Shown: one piece after another, positions 38,643-48,242 of the stretch
Layout of the letters: every line of letters begins with the position of its first letter
Numbering within the stretch: the first letter of the stretch is position 1
Notes under the pieces: model-generated
Seen by the model: the letters and a program-made list of their open reading frames with translations, nothing else
The model's database searches: none
Told to the model about the DNA's origin: nothing
Origin: a virus
Lineage: Duplodnaviria; Caudoviricetes
Virus record (IMG/VR): IMGVR_UViG_3300050343_000003
Location: 1-57,109 of that record
Strand: one strand, 5' to 3'
Length of the DNA stretch: 57,109 nucleotides
Position numbers and translations under genes: made by a program

Positions 38643-39083
38643 ATGGGTACTATTACTACAGCAATGTGCAACAGCTTCAAGCAAGAGCTACTTGGGGGTG
38701 TTCACGACTTAGACACACACACGCTAAAGATAGCGTTAATTAAACCATCTCCTACAAGTAGCTTCAGTAAAGCTACCACTAACTATTCAGACCTTACAGC
38801 TAACTCAGATGAAGCTACAGGAACAAACTATAGTGCAGGAGGACAGGGATTGGATTCGCCTGTCATTTCATTATCGGGGGATACGGCACTTGTAGACTTT
38901 GCAGATGAAGTATTCTCTAACTTAACAATTACTGCTGCTGGAGCTTTACTGTATAACAGTTCAGTCAGTAACAAAGCTATAGCTGTATTCTCGTTTGGCT
39001 CAAACGTAGCCTCAACAGCAGGTGACTTTACTGTTATCTTTCCTACAGCAGATGCATCCAACGCAGTCATACGTATAACGTAA
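38643..39083 (+). CDS. Virion structural protein
   Basis: SFKQELL.G.H...LKIAL...Y.AGG...VDFAD. Confidence 0.7.
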   Translation: MGTITTAMCNSFKQELLGGVHDLDTHTLKIALIKPSPTSSFSKATTNYSDLTANSDEATGTNYSAGGQGLDSPVISLSGDTALVDFADEVFSNLTITAAGALLYNSSVSNKAIAVFSFGSNVASTAGDFTVIFPTADASNAVIRIT

Positions 39084-39093
39084 AGGTAATACA

Positions 39094-39597
39094 ATGGCAT
39101 TAGTACTAAAAGACCGTGTACGTGAAACCACTACTACTACAGGAACATCAAACCTAACTCTTGGTGGTGCAAGTGCTACCTTCGATACATTCGCATCAGT
39201 CATGTCTACTAATGACACGACTTACTACGCCATTGTGCATACAGCTAATGGTACTGATGAGTGGGAAGTAGGACTAGGTACATACAGTGGCACTAACACA
39301 CTAACACGAACTACAGTACTATCTAGTTCAAACAGTGGATCAGCAACAAACTTCTCAGCAGGAACTAAGTTTGTATTCATAACTTTACCTGCTAGTGTTG
39401 CTGCTCACCTTGACCCTGCATCTAACGATCACGATTTAAACTCTATAATCTCTTTTGGTAATCACGACACAGATGATCTATCAGAAGGGTCTACTAATTT
39501 ATACTTCACAAACGCTAGAGCAGATGCACGTGTAGCGGCATCAACAGCTTTTGATGCAGCAGGTTCAGCCGTTGCACTAGCAATAGCTTTGGGATAG
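39094..39597 (+). CDS. Tail/fibre-associated protein
   Basis: DRVRETTTTTGT...WEVGLGT...; EGSTNLYFTNARA; ends AIALG. Confidence 0.7.
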   Translation: MALVLKDRVRETTTTTGTSNLTLGGASATFDTFASVMSTNDTTYYAIVHTANGTDEWEVGLGTYSGTNTLTRTTVLSSSNSGSATNFSAGTKFVFITLPASVAAHLDPASNDHDLNSIISFGNHDTDDLSEGSTNLYFTNARADARVAASTAFDAAGSAVALAIALG

Positions 39598-39601
39598 CAA
39601 T

Positions 39602-39934
39602 ATGGCAAATACATTTCTTAGAAAGACTTCACGTAGCATAGGCACATCAGCCACCATAGTGGGAAGCTACACAGTAGGGAGCAGCACAGCTACAACCGTT
39701 ATTGGGTTGTCTTGTGCTAATAGAACTACTGCAGCTATAACAGTTGATGTAGCACACAATGACGGATCTAATGATACGTTCTTAGTTAAACAAGCTACAG
39801 TACCTAGCGGAGGCAGTCTTGTTGTCGTAGGAGGTGATCAAAAAGTCGTTCTACAAACAAACGATAAGATTAAAGTGACATCAAGTGCTGCCTCCTCTTG
39901 TGATGTAATGATGAGTATATTGGAGATTACCTAA
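39602..39934 (+). CDS. Virion structural protein
   Basis: MANTF...KVVL...SILEIT beta-rich protein. Confidence 0.7.
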   Translation: MANTFLRKTSRSIGTSATIVGSYTVGSSTATTVIGLSCANRTTAAITVDVAHNDGSNDTFLVKQATVPSGGSLVVVGGDQKVVLQTNDKIKVTSSAASSCDVMMSILEIT

Positions 39935-40461
39935 TGGGTAAGTCACACGATCTAGCAACTATAGCAGCGGATGGGTTTACTTTTACAGGTGCAGTAACTC
40001 ACAGTGGTGCAGTAACTCACAGTGGTATAGTAACAAAGACTGCACAACCAGCGTTCTTAGCTAAAGTTACTAGTACTATAAATAATTTAGCGGTGTCTGG
40101 TGCTAATAATGTAGACATACCTTTTGGTACAGAAATATTTGACCTTGGTGGTAATTTTGCATCTAATACTTTTACTGCGCCTGTTACTGGCAAATACCTT
40201 TTGGGTTTTGAAATGAGGCTAGACAATATTGATGCATCAACAACTAGTTATAGCCTTTATTTAGTAACATCTAATAGAACTTTTACTTATATATTTGACC
40301 CTGATGTTGGAAATGACAGAGCTTATTACACACCAAGTTACTCAGTCTTAACTGATATGGATGCAAACGATACTGCTAAAATGCAATATTATGTTAATGC
40401 TGGGGCTGCTCAAGCAACGATTGTTAATCAAACATATTTCTATGGTTACTTAGTAGCTTAA
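39934..40461 (+). CDS. Tail fibre protein with C1q-like domain
   Basis: QPAF...FTAPVTGKY...MDANDT...FYGYLV. Confidence 0.75.
   Translation: MGKSHDLATIAADGFTFTGAVTHSGAVTHSGIVTKTAQPAFLAKVTSTINNLAVSGANNVDIPFGTEIFDLGGNFASNTFTAPVTGKYLLGFEMRLDNIDASTTSYSLYLVTSNRTFTYIFDPDVGNDRAYYTPSYSVLTDMDANDTAKMQYYVNAGAAQATIVNQTYFYGYLVA
39988..40026 (+). repeat. 18-bp perfect tandem duplication (GAVTHS x2)
   Basis: GGTGCAGTAACTCACAGT twice. Confidence 0.9.
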
Positions 40462-40478
40462 ATAAATAGGATAAACAC

Positions 40479-40946
40479 ATGGCATACATAGGACAATCAC
40501 TAACCGAAGGTACAAGAAGAGCGCAAACATATACAGCTACTGCTGGACAAACCACATTTAATGCTGTATACTCTATTGGAAACGTAGACGTATATCAAAA
40601 CGGAATACTATTACAACCTGCTGATTACACAGCTACCACAGGAACTACAGTTGTGTTAGGCGCTGCTGCTGCACTAAACGATGAGATGACTATTGTATCT
40701 CACAACATATTCAGCGTAGCAGATGCACCCACACTATCAGGTGGTGGTACATTTGCAAGCAGCATTAGAGCTACACTGTTTGATACAACACAGAACACAA
40801 CTAAGACAGCGTTGTTTCAGACTAATGATCAGACTATGGGTACAGACACAACTATACCTAGCTCACACAATGCTAGTTGTAATGGACCTCTAACAATAGC
40901 GTCAAGCATAACGCTTACAGTTAATGGGAACTTGACAATCATATGA
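40479..40946 (+). CDS. Tail fibre-associated protein
   Basis: MAYIG...YTATAGQTTF...VYQNGILL...DYTA. Confidence 0.7.
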   Translation: MAYIGQSLTEGTRRAQTYTATAGQTTFNAVYSIGNVDVYQNGILLQPADYTATTGTTVVLGAAAALNDEMTIVSHNIFSVADAPTLSGGGTFASSIRATLFDTTQNTTKTALFQTNDQTMGTDTTIPSSHNASCNGPLTIASSITLTVNGNLTII

Positions 40947-41467
40947 GTACTTTACACGTAGAAAACTTAAAAGGTCTTAGCTCTGGCGGCAATGCCAATA
41001 AGATTATCGTACCGTCTGGTCAGACGCTTTTAGCAGGTGGACATGTTGTTCAGGTTGCTCAATATACCAGTGCGTCTAATGTCACAAATAGTACAACATC
41101 TACTGTACAAGCAATGATAACAGGTACATTTACTCTTAAAAACTCAAGTAATAAAGTTTTAGTAACAATGAATTGTATTACTAGAGCAGGAAGAAGTAGT
41201 GCTGCTGGTGTTAGAATTGCTATGTATAGAGGTGCAGTTGCTGACGCATCAAGTGTAAAAATTACAAGTGGTATAGAGCCACAGATTTACACAACAGACA
41301 GTGGTACAGAACAATATGCAATAAATTCTTTGCACCACCTAGATACTCCAAACGCTTCGTCTACTACTTATTCTCTTGGTTTTTGGAAACATCCTAGCTC
41401 TGGTGATGTTAAAGTTATGGGCGAGTTTTTGAATACTACCATTATTCTTCAGGAGGTGGCGGTATGA
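40943..41467 (+). CDS. Tail fibre tip paralog 1
   Basis: MSTLHV...GHVVQV...ILQEVA. Confidence 0.7.
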   Translation: MSTLHVENLKGLSSGGNANKIIVPSGQTLLAGGHVVQVAQYTSASNVTNSTTSTVQAMITGTFTLKNSSNKVLVTMNCITRAGRSSAAGVRIAMYRGAVADASSVKITSGIEPQIYTTDSGTEQYAINSLHHLDTPNASSTTYSLGFWKHPSSGDVKVMGEFLNTTIILQEVAV

Positions 41468-41985
41468 GCATCCTAAAGGTAGACACCATAAACGAAAAGA
41501 CTAGTGGTAATGGTGTGGCTATTCCAGGTCATATTATTCAAATGGTTAATACATCTTGGAGTACTCAAACAGCTATTACATCTCAAAGCGCTACAGCAAT
41601 AACTGGAGCTTCTTTAGCAATAACTCCAAAGTTTAGCACCAGTAAGATACTTGTTATGGTTAATCTTAGCCTGAGAATTAAAGACCCTGACACTAGTTAT
41701 GCTAACTGCGGCCTTGAAATTTTAAGAGGCTCAACTCAATTACAAACAATTGCTGGAGATAATTCTGGGCCTTTTGAGATAGGTATTTATGACGTTGGTG
41801 GGGGCGGTGGAGAGCTTAACTCTAGATATGCAAATAATATTGTAGATAGTCCTAGTACAACTTCTGCTACAACCTACAGCGTCAAAGGTAAAATATATAG
41901 TACTACAGGTCCTACTCTAACTATAAACCAAGGGGATACTACTAATGGACAGTCGTCAATTATATTAATGGAGATAGCCCAATGA
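41464..41985 (+). CDS. Tail fibre tip paralog 2
   Basis: MSILKVD...GHIIQ...ITPKFSTSKILV...LMEIAQ. Confidence 0.7.
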   Translation: MSILKVDTINEKTSGNGVAIPGHIIQMVNTSWSTQTAITSQSATAITGASLAITPKFSTSKILVMVNLSLRIKDPDTSYANCGLEILRGSTQLQTIAGDNSGPFEIGIYDVGGGGGELNSRYANNIVDSPSTTSATTYSVKGKIYSTTGPTLTINQGDTTNGQSSIILMEIAQ

Positions 41986-42503
41986 GTTCTATCTTAAAAG
42001 TTGATACGATACAAACCACCGCAGGGGTGGCTCCTACTACTAAAGATTTAGGTTTTGCAGCAGGGTCAGTTATACAGACACAAGTTGCTAGGTTTAGTGG
42101 AGGTTCAGCAAGTATGAGTACAAGTTCTTATACTAGCAGTGGTAGAAGCGTAACTATTACTCCAAGATTTGCTAATAGTTTAATTTTAATAAGGTATACT
42201 GCAACTTCATATATTAACAGTGGCACTTATGGATACTTTACATTCTATAGGGGTAGTACAAATTTGTATAACCAAAGTGGTTACAGTACCAACCCTTCTC
42301 ATCAAGCTTTAATACAACTTGGTAGTGCTACTGGTGATGCTTATTTTCCCAGTACAGGAGAGTTTGCGGATAGTAGTCATAACTCAACTAGTGCCTTAAC
42401 TTATACTTTGTATGGAAAAAGAACTTCAGGTTCAGGCTCAGTATATTGGCCTCCTGGTTCATCTGATGGAGCCACATTTACAGCTACGGAGATAGCACAA
42501 TGA
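41982..42503 (+). CDS. Tail fibre tip paralog 3
   Basis: MSSILKVD...GSVIQ...ITPRFANSLILI...ATEIAQ. Confidence 0.7.
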   Translation: MSSILKVDTIQTTAGVAPTTKDLGFAAGSVIQTQVARFSGGSASMSTSSYTSSGRSVTITPRFANSLILIRYTATSYINSGTYGYFTFYRGSTNLYNQSGYSTNPSHQALIQLGSATGDAYFPSTGEFADSSHNSTSALTYTLYGKRTSGSGSVYWPPGSSDGATFTATEIAQ

Positions 42504-42883
42504 CAGATACAGCAACAGCATTAACAGAACTAGGCGTAACAGAATGGGTGTTACGTGGAGAGCCAACAAACAAAGTTGAGTTTGAGACTATGTTCCGCAA
42601 GGTCATGGGCGCAGACAGCAACGGCTCTGCCATAGAAAGCTCAGACCCATCACACTTCGGTACAACGTGGGATGCAGTCAAAGCTAAGAAGGACGCCCTT
42701 GTAGCAGGAGAACCAATGAGGTTACTACGTGAAGAACGTAACCGTAGAATAGCAGAGACAGACTGGTGGGCATCAAGTGACCTAACCCTGACTGATGCAC
42801 AGAAGAAGTACAGAACTGACTTGCGTGACATAACAAAGACTGCAACCAGTTTAGATGATGTAACTTGGCCTACAAAACCCTAG
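42500..42883 (+). CDS. Tail fibre assembly chaperone-like protein
   Basis: LREERNRRIAETDW...YRTDLRDIT...VTWPTKP. Confidence 0.8.
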   Translation: MTDTATALTELGVTEWVLRGEPTNKVEFETMFRKVMGADSNGSAIESSDPSHFGTTWDAVKAKKDALVAGEPMRLLREERNRRIAETDWWASSDLTLTDAQKKYRTDLRDITKTATSLDDVTWPTKP

Positions 42884-42892
42884 GAGTATAAT

Positions 42893-43135
42893 ATGGCAGA
42901 GATTAAAGTAACACTAACCGACACAGAACTAAAGTGTCTTGAGTATGCAGCAGCAGTTCCACAGGACTGGGCAGACAATGCTTTGACTAACAGGGCTAGG
43001 ATAGCCAAGGATGAGATCATTGCGGCTCTTGTAGCACACTGCAACGCTAACTCAGTAGCACTAGCTGTTGGTGAAGATGCACAGGTAACACAAGCGTTTG
43101 ACCTAAAGGTTGTCAAGAAAGCCTCAGAAGAGTAA
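42893..43135 (+). CDS. Hypothetical tail-region protein
   Basis: 80 aa, AGGAG RBS. Confidence 0.65.
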   Translation: MAEIKVTLTDTELKCLEYAAAVPQDWADNALTNRARIAKDEIIAALVAHCNANSVALAVGEDAQVTQAFDLKVVKKASEE

Positions 43136-43144
43136 GGAACATCA

Positions 43145-44206
43145 ATGTCATACATCGGCACTGAACCTAAAGACATAAGATCATTTGGTAGAACTAAGTT
43201 TGACTATACTGCTACGCAGGGTCAGACAGCATTCACTGGTGCTGATGATGACGGTAAAGTATTAGCGTTTACCACAGGACAAATAGAGGTATACGTTAAC
43301 GGTATCCTCATGGATGACAGTGACTTCACCACAACTGGCACTGGCACAGTTACACTAGCATCTGCAGCTAACTTGAATGACGTTGTTAATGTTGTATCCT
43401 TTGAGACTAACATACCTGACAGTAATTATGTACCTGCTTCAGGTGGTACGTTTACTGGTGCTGTTACTGCCGCTAATGGTTTGACTGTTGATGATGATGG
43501 CGCAACGCCTCTAACTGTAGATCGTGCTACTTCATTTGGAAATGTTGTAGATATACAAAAAGATGGCTCAACTGTTGGTGGTATCTCAACATTCTATGGA
43601 AACCCAATGTTTGGTAGGAATAGTGGGGCTAGGTTAGCTTTTGACACTAATGTAATTTATTCATCAAATGACGCAGGGTCTACAGCAGATAATGCGTATG
43701 CGCTTGGTAGTGCCTCATCACGTTTTACAGACATCTACCTATCAGGCGGTGCTTACCTTGGTGGCACTGGTGCGGCTAATAAGTTAGACGATTATGAAGA
43801 AGGAACTTGGACGCCAAGTTTTTCTTTTTCTGGTGGTTCAGTAGGCTATAGTTATCAAGCAGGTCAATACACTAAAATTGGTAGAAAGGTATTTGTTACA
43901 GCCAATATGATTTTAAATAGTGCGTCAAATCCAACTGGTGCAGTTCATGTAGTTACATTACCTTTTACTTCGGGAGATGATAGTAATGCTGTTATTGCTG
44001 AAGGTTATGTTGCTGGTGTAACTTATAGTCTTGTAAGGAATCTTACAACGCAATCTCCAAACATAAGGGGATATGTTCCCCGAAATAGCACTTATATGCT
44101 TCTTACAAACAATCATACAGGCCAAGGTCATGTTGCTTTTAATGCTTCTCTTCTAGGAAGTTCTACACTTCTATATATGTCGGCAACATATTTTGCAGCA
44201 GCATAA
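43145..44206 (+). CDS. Tail fibre protein
   Basis: YTATQGQTAF N-module; ANKLDDYEEGTWTP...YTKIGRKV C-module. Confidence 0.8.
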   Translation: MSYIGTEPKDIRSFGRTKFDYTATQGQTAFTGADDDGKVLAFTTGQIEVYVNGILMDDSDFTTTGTGTVTLASAANLNDVVNVVSFETNIPDSNYVPASGGTFTGAVTAANGLTVDDDGATPLTVDRATSFGNVVDIQKDGSTVGGISTFYGNPMFGRNSGARLAFDTNVIYSSNDAGSTADNAYALGSASSRFTDIYLSGGAYLGGTGAANKLDDYEEGTWTPSFSFSGGSVGYSYQAGQYTKIGRKVFVTANMILNSASNPTGAVHVVTLPFTSGDDSNAVIAEGYVAGVTYSLVRNLTTQSPNIRGYVPRNSTYMLLTNNHTGQGHVAFNASLLGSSTLLYMSATYFAAA

Positions 44207-44263
44207 CAAAATACCCTAGTCGGAGGCTAGGTAGTCAGTCCACAGCCATAAAGGAGATAAACA

Positions 44264-44515
44264 ATGGCATTAACAGAAGAAACAGTACAAGATAAGATTG
44301 AGATAATTAAACCGTTTAATATGTTACAAATTAGAACCGCAACAATTATCAAGAAAGACGGTGTTGAGATTAGCAGATCATTCCACCGCCATGTCGTAGC
44401 ACCAGATGCAGATACGTCAGGCGAAAGTGACGATGTTAAAGCATTAGCCACACAGTTTCACACTGATGCAATCAAGACAGCATATGCTGCACACTTAGCG
44501 GAGAGCGCACCCTAA
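44264..44515 (+). CDS. Small fibre-associated protein
   Basis: MALTEETVQDKIEI...DGVEISRSFHRHV. Confidence 0.7.
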   Translation: MALTEETVQDKIEIIKPFNMLQIRTATIIKKDGVEISRSFHRHVVAPDADTSGESDDVKALATQFHTDAIKTAYAAHLAESAP

Positions 44516-45540
44516 TGACAAGAGCAAGAGATGTAGCTAACCTCATAGGTTCTGGCAACTACAGTAGCACTACGTTCACAGCTACTGCAGGTCAGACTGT
44601 GTTTAGTATAGCACACACACAGAACTTTGTGCAGGTGTTTATGAATGGCTTGCTCTTAGACTTAACTGTAGACTACACAAGCAACGGATCAGCAGTAACA
44701 CTTACATCAGGTGCAGCAGCAGGTGATGAGATAGAAGTTGTTGCATATAATACGTTCAGCGTTGGTGATGCACTCAACCAAGCAGCAGCCGATGCACGTT
44801 ACGAACTAGATGGTGCTGAGAATAGGTTTTTAGGTGTTAATGGTACTACGGTAAACACAAGTGCCGATGAGTTTGCAAAAGTACAACAGGGTACTGTTTC
44901 TTCTGGTTATGCTGAAATGCATATAGGCAACGACATCAATCAAAGAATTATTTTAGGTTCTATAGGATCAACATATTCGGGTGGTGATTGGTCTGGTTCT
45001 AGGTATATATACACTAGTCATGGTGATCTTAAACTAAAAGCTGCTGCTGACTTAGAGATGTTTAGTGGTGGTAATACTATTGCTAACCACCTTACTCAAA
45101 CAATGAACATCAGTGGTCACATTACAAATCATAGACAGCCTATCATATCTGGTACAATGGGTACGGCTATGACGGCTCCAACTAGCGATACTTTATTAAG
45201 TTTCAATGATTTCTTTGTTAATAGAGGTATAACTTTTAACAGTACAACAAAAAGATTTACAGTTCCCACGGCTGGCGTTTACAGTATAATGCTGACACCT
45301 TTTGTATATGGTTCCCAAGGACCGCATAGAATTTTAATAGGGGTAAATACAGATACTCCACTTTATACAAATCACAGAGGACACTTTTATACTAATCAAA
45401 CCACATATGATAGTGGTGCTTTACATAGTGTAGTTGATCTTGCTGCAAACGATTATATAATTTTTCGTCTAATTGCAGGTAAGTTATACAATCAGAGTAA
45501 TGATAAATTTAACGAATTTAGTATATGTAAAATTGCATAG
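44515..45540 (+). CDS. Tail fibre protein with C-terminal C1q-like domain
   Basis: MTRARDVA, FTATAGQTVF module; RFTVPTAGVY...LAANDYI. Confidence 0.75.
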   Translation: MTRARDVANLIGSGNYSSTTFTATAGQTVFSIAHTQNFVQVFMNGLLLDLTVDYTSNGSAVTLTSGAAAGDEIEVVAYNTFSVGDALNQAAADARYELDGAENRFLGVNGTTVNTSADEFAKVQQGTVSSGYAEMHIGNDINQRIILGSIGSTYSGGDWSGSRYIYTSHGDLKLKAAADLEMFSGGNTIANHLTQTMNISGHITNHRQPIISGTMGTAMTAPTSDTLLSFNDFFVNRGITFNSTTKRFTVPTAGVYSIMLTPFVYGSQGPHRILIGVNTDTPLYTNHRGHFYTNQTTYDSGALHSVVDLAANDYIIFRLIAGKLYNQSNDKFNEFSICKIA

Positions 45541-45558
45541 TTAAGTTAGGAGGAACAC

Positions 45559-46512
45559 ATGAGCAACGCAAGAAAACTAGCAGACAATCTTCCTACTGAG
45601 GGCAGTCTCTCTGGACGCAATCTTCTAATCAATGGAGCAATGCAAATTTGGCAAAGAGGCACAAGTTTTTCTGGAAATACTTCTTACAATGCTGACCGTT
45701 GGAATGTGGATAATAATAGTGGCGGTGGTGGACAGTCAACAGATGCACCAGATGATTTTACTTATTCACTTAAAATAGACCCCTCGTCTGGTAACGCTGC
45801 TTTAAGGCAAGCCATAGAACTTCCTGCTGCTGGAGAGGGTGGTGTATTTAGATCAGGTCAAAAGTTTACTTTATCGTTTTACGTAAAAAGTGCTAATGCT
45901 GGAGAAGCCATAAATATATTTGCAGCATCGGCTACAAGCGTTGGTGCAACCACTACTGCACAAGTTAACGATACATCAACTGGATTAACTACCGCTACAT
46001 CTTGGACAAGATATACTTATACTTTTACTTCTAACAATGTAGGTGGAAGTGATACTTGCTATAACATCGTGCCTTATGTAAGCAGTCCATCAGGAGCTAC
46101 TTATTGGACTGGCTTTCAGCTAGAATCTGGGTCACAGGCTTCACCGTTTGAGCATGAACCAGTGGGAGTTACTTTAAGCAAGTGTAAAAGGTATTTCCAT
46201 ACATATGGTGGAACAAACGCATTTGAACACCTTCCTTTTTTAGGACAAGCTGACGGAACTTCTATAAACTTTAACCATGAATTACCAGTAGAAATGAGAG
46301 CACCACCTTCCCTTACTCAAAGTGGAGACTGGAGAGTCAATCATTATTACTTAGGTGGCTACTATACATTAAGTAATGTTGCTTTAGACAATTTAAGTGC
46401 CAAATTAGTTAGAGGTTCAGCAACAATTAGTGGTAATATGTCAAGTGCCATAGGTAGAATAATTGCATATAACGACATAAATGCACGTTGGTCATACTCG
46501 GCAGAGTTGTAG
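45559..46512 (+). CDS. Tail fibre / carbohydrate-binding protein
   Basis: RNLLINGAMQIWQRGTS...QLE.GS.ASPFEH...CKRYF...SAEL. Confidence 0.75.
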   Translation: MSNARKLADNLPTEGSLSGRNLLINGAMQIWQRGTSFSGNTSYNADRWNVDNNSGGGGQSTDAPDDFTYSLKIDPSSGNAALRQAIELPAAGEGGVFRSGQKFTLSFYVKSANAGEAINIFAASATSVGATTTAQVNDTSTGLTTATSWTRYTYTFTSNNVGGSDTCYNIVPYVSSPSGATYWTGFQLESGSQASPFEHEPVGVTLSKCKRYFHTYGGTNAFEHLPFLGQADGTSINFNHELPVEMRAPPSLTQSGDWRVNHYYLGGYYTLSNVALDNLSAKLVRGSATISGNMSSAIGRIIAYNDINARWSYSAEL

Positions 46513-46551
46513 GAAGTAAAACATGAATATTAAAATAGCAGAGGCCGACTA

Positions 46552-47913
46552 ATGTTTGGCTTCGCAGCAGTAGCAGAGACACCGTTCTCAGCAGAACTAA
46601 CTAAGTACACCATAGGTGTTGTTCCTGCTTCTGTATCTGCAGCTTCTGCGTTAAACGCTCCTCAGTTCTCTGGTGGTGTTAATCTTCCTGCTTTAACAGG
46701 GGTTTCTGCTACATTAGCTAACACTGCACTTGACATTACAGGTAAAGCAAATATAACTACTGCTAACGTAGCAAGCACTACAAGCATAGCAGCACTAACA
46801 ATCTCAGGTAAAGCAAACGTTACACACCCTTCACTGCTAGGAACATTTACACCTAACGTACCAAGCATAACAGGTATAGCTAATACAAACCTACCATCAC
46901 AAGGTGCTATCTCTGGTGCAGTCTTTGGTGACAATGTACAACCAACAGGACACAATTATACAGTAACAGTAGCTAATAGCGGAAGTGGTAACAAGTATTA
47001 CATAGATGGTGTAGAGGCTGCAGCACTAACACTAACAAGAGGATTAACATACGTCTTTGATGTAAGTGACAACACTAACAGTGGACACCCATTTAGATTT
47101 AAAGATGCTTCTGGTAATACACTAACTACAGGAATAACTATAAGCGGAACAGCAGGACAGGCAGGGGCAACAGTAACTTACGTAGTTCCTGCTACAGGCA
47201 CACAGCCAGCATTATATTACTGTACTGTACACGGCAACGGTATGGGCAATACTGTAACCACAGTAGCAAGCACCACAGCCTTTGTTGTAACTGTAGTAAA
47301 TAGTGGTGGTAATAAGTTTGCTATAAATGGTGTCACTGCACCAACGCTACAACTTGTAAGAGGAACAACATACACATTTGATCTTAGTGATGCATCTGTG
47401 TCTGGACACCCACTAGCCTTTAAGAGTGGCAACAATAGCTACACAGATGGTGTAACAAGCAGTGGTACTCCTGGTCAGTCTGGGGCAAGTGTAACCTTTG
47501 CTGTACCAAGTACCGCACCTGGAATAGGACTAAGATATTACTGTACTGTACATGGTAACGGAATGGGTAATACTATTACTACTAGCGGAGTACCTATAGC
47601 ACTAACAGCACAAGGTAAAGCTACACATACCCCTGCCTCTATATCTGCTGTAATAGATAAAGTAGTACCAAGCATAACAGGTTTAGCATTCTTTACATTG
47701 CCTGATATAAATGCTACTATAGCGCAGAACTTAGATGACCCTACTGGCGTACTCTTTCCGTTTGATGACTTTGCAGAGAACTTTAGTAGAGGCAGAACTG
47801 TAACAATAATTGCACCTACTATAGGTAATAGAACTGTATACATCCCTGCAGAAAACAGAACAGTAACTATAAGTCCTGTAAGAACAGACAACGTAGTATA
47901 CATACTAAACTAA
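46552..47913 (+). CDS. Tail-region protein with two cupredoxin-like repeats
   Basis: Twice: TY.FD.SD...SGHP...YYCTVHGNGMGN. Confidence 0.75.
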   Translation: MFGFAAVAETPFSAELTKYTIGVVPASVSAASALNAPQFSGGVNLPALTGVSATLANTALDITGKANITTANVASTTSIAALTISGKANVTHPSLLGTFTPNVPSITGIANTNLPSQGAISGAVFGDNVQPTGHNYTVTVANSGSGNKYYIDGVEAAALTLTRGLTYVFDVSDNTNSGHPFRFKDASGNTLTTGITISGTAGQAGATVTYVVPATGTQPALYYCTVHGNGMGNTVTTVASTTAFVVTVVNSGGNKFAINGVTAPTLQLVRGTTYTFDLSDASVSGHPLAFKSGNNSYTDGVTSSGTPGQSGASVTFAVPSTAPGIGLRYYCTVHGNGMGNTITTSGVPIALTAQGKATHTPASISAVIDKVVPSITGLAFFTLPDINATIAQNLDDPTGVLFPFDDFAENFSRGRTVTIIAPTIGNRTVYIPAENRTVTISPVRTDNVVYILN

Positions 47914-47922
47914 GGATAACAA

Positions 47923-48240
47923 ATGTCTTACAAATGGCCTGAAAAAGACCCAGATGAAACAGCAGACTTTAGTGTAGACTGGTCTAGGTTTCTAGGATCA
48001 GACACTATAGCGTCAGCAGTTTTCTTTGTAGATGCTGCAGATGGAACAAAGACCCAAGTATCAACTGCTCAAATTGTAAATAACTTACAGTTTATAGCAG
48101 GTACTGTTTCTGGCAACGTAGCTACTTCACGTTTTGGTGGAGGTACAAATAACGTACGATATAATATTACTGTTCGCATAAATACTACTCAAGGTCTTAC
48201 GTATGAGCGTTCTGTAATATTACCAATTAGGAATAGATAA
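47923..48240 (+). CDS. Virion adaptor-like protein
   Basis: KDPDETADFSVDWS. Confidence 0.65.
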   Translation: MSYKWPEKDPDETADFSVDWSRFLGSDTIASAVFFVDAADGTKTQVSTAQIVNNLQFIAGTVSGNVATSRFGGGTNNVRYNITVRINTTQGLTYERSVILPIRNR

Positions 48241-48242
48241 AC

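Noticed and set aside
39934-47913. Diversity-generating retroelement or invertible shufflon acting on fibre genes
   Set aside because: No reverse transcriptase, no adenine-specific template/variable repeat pair and no inverted cassettes seen
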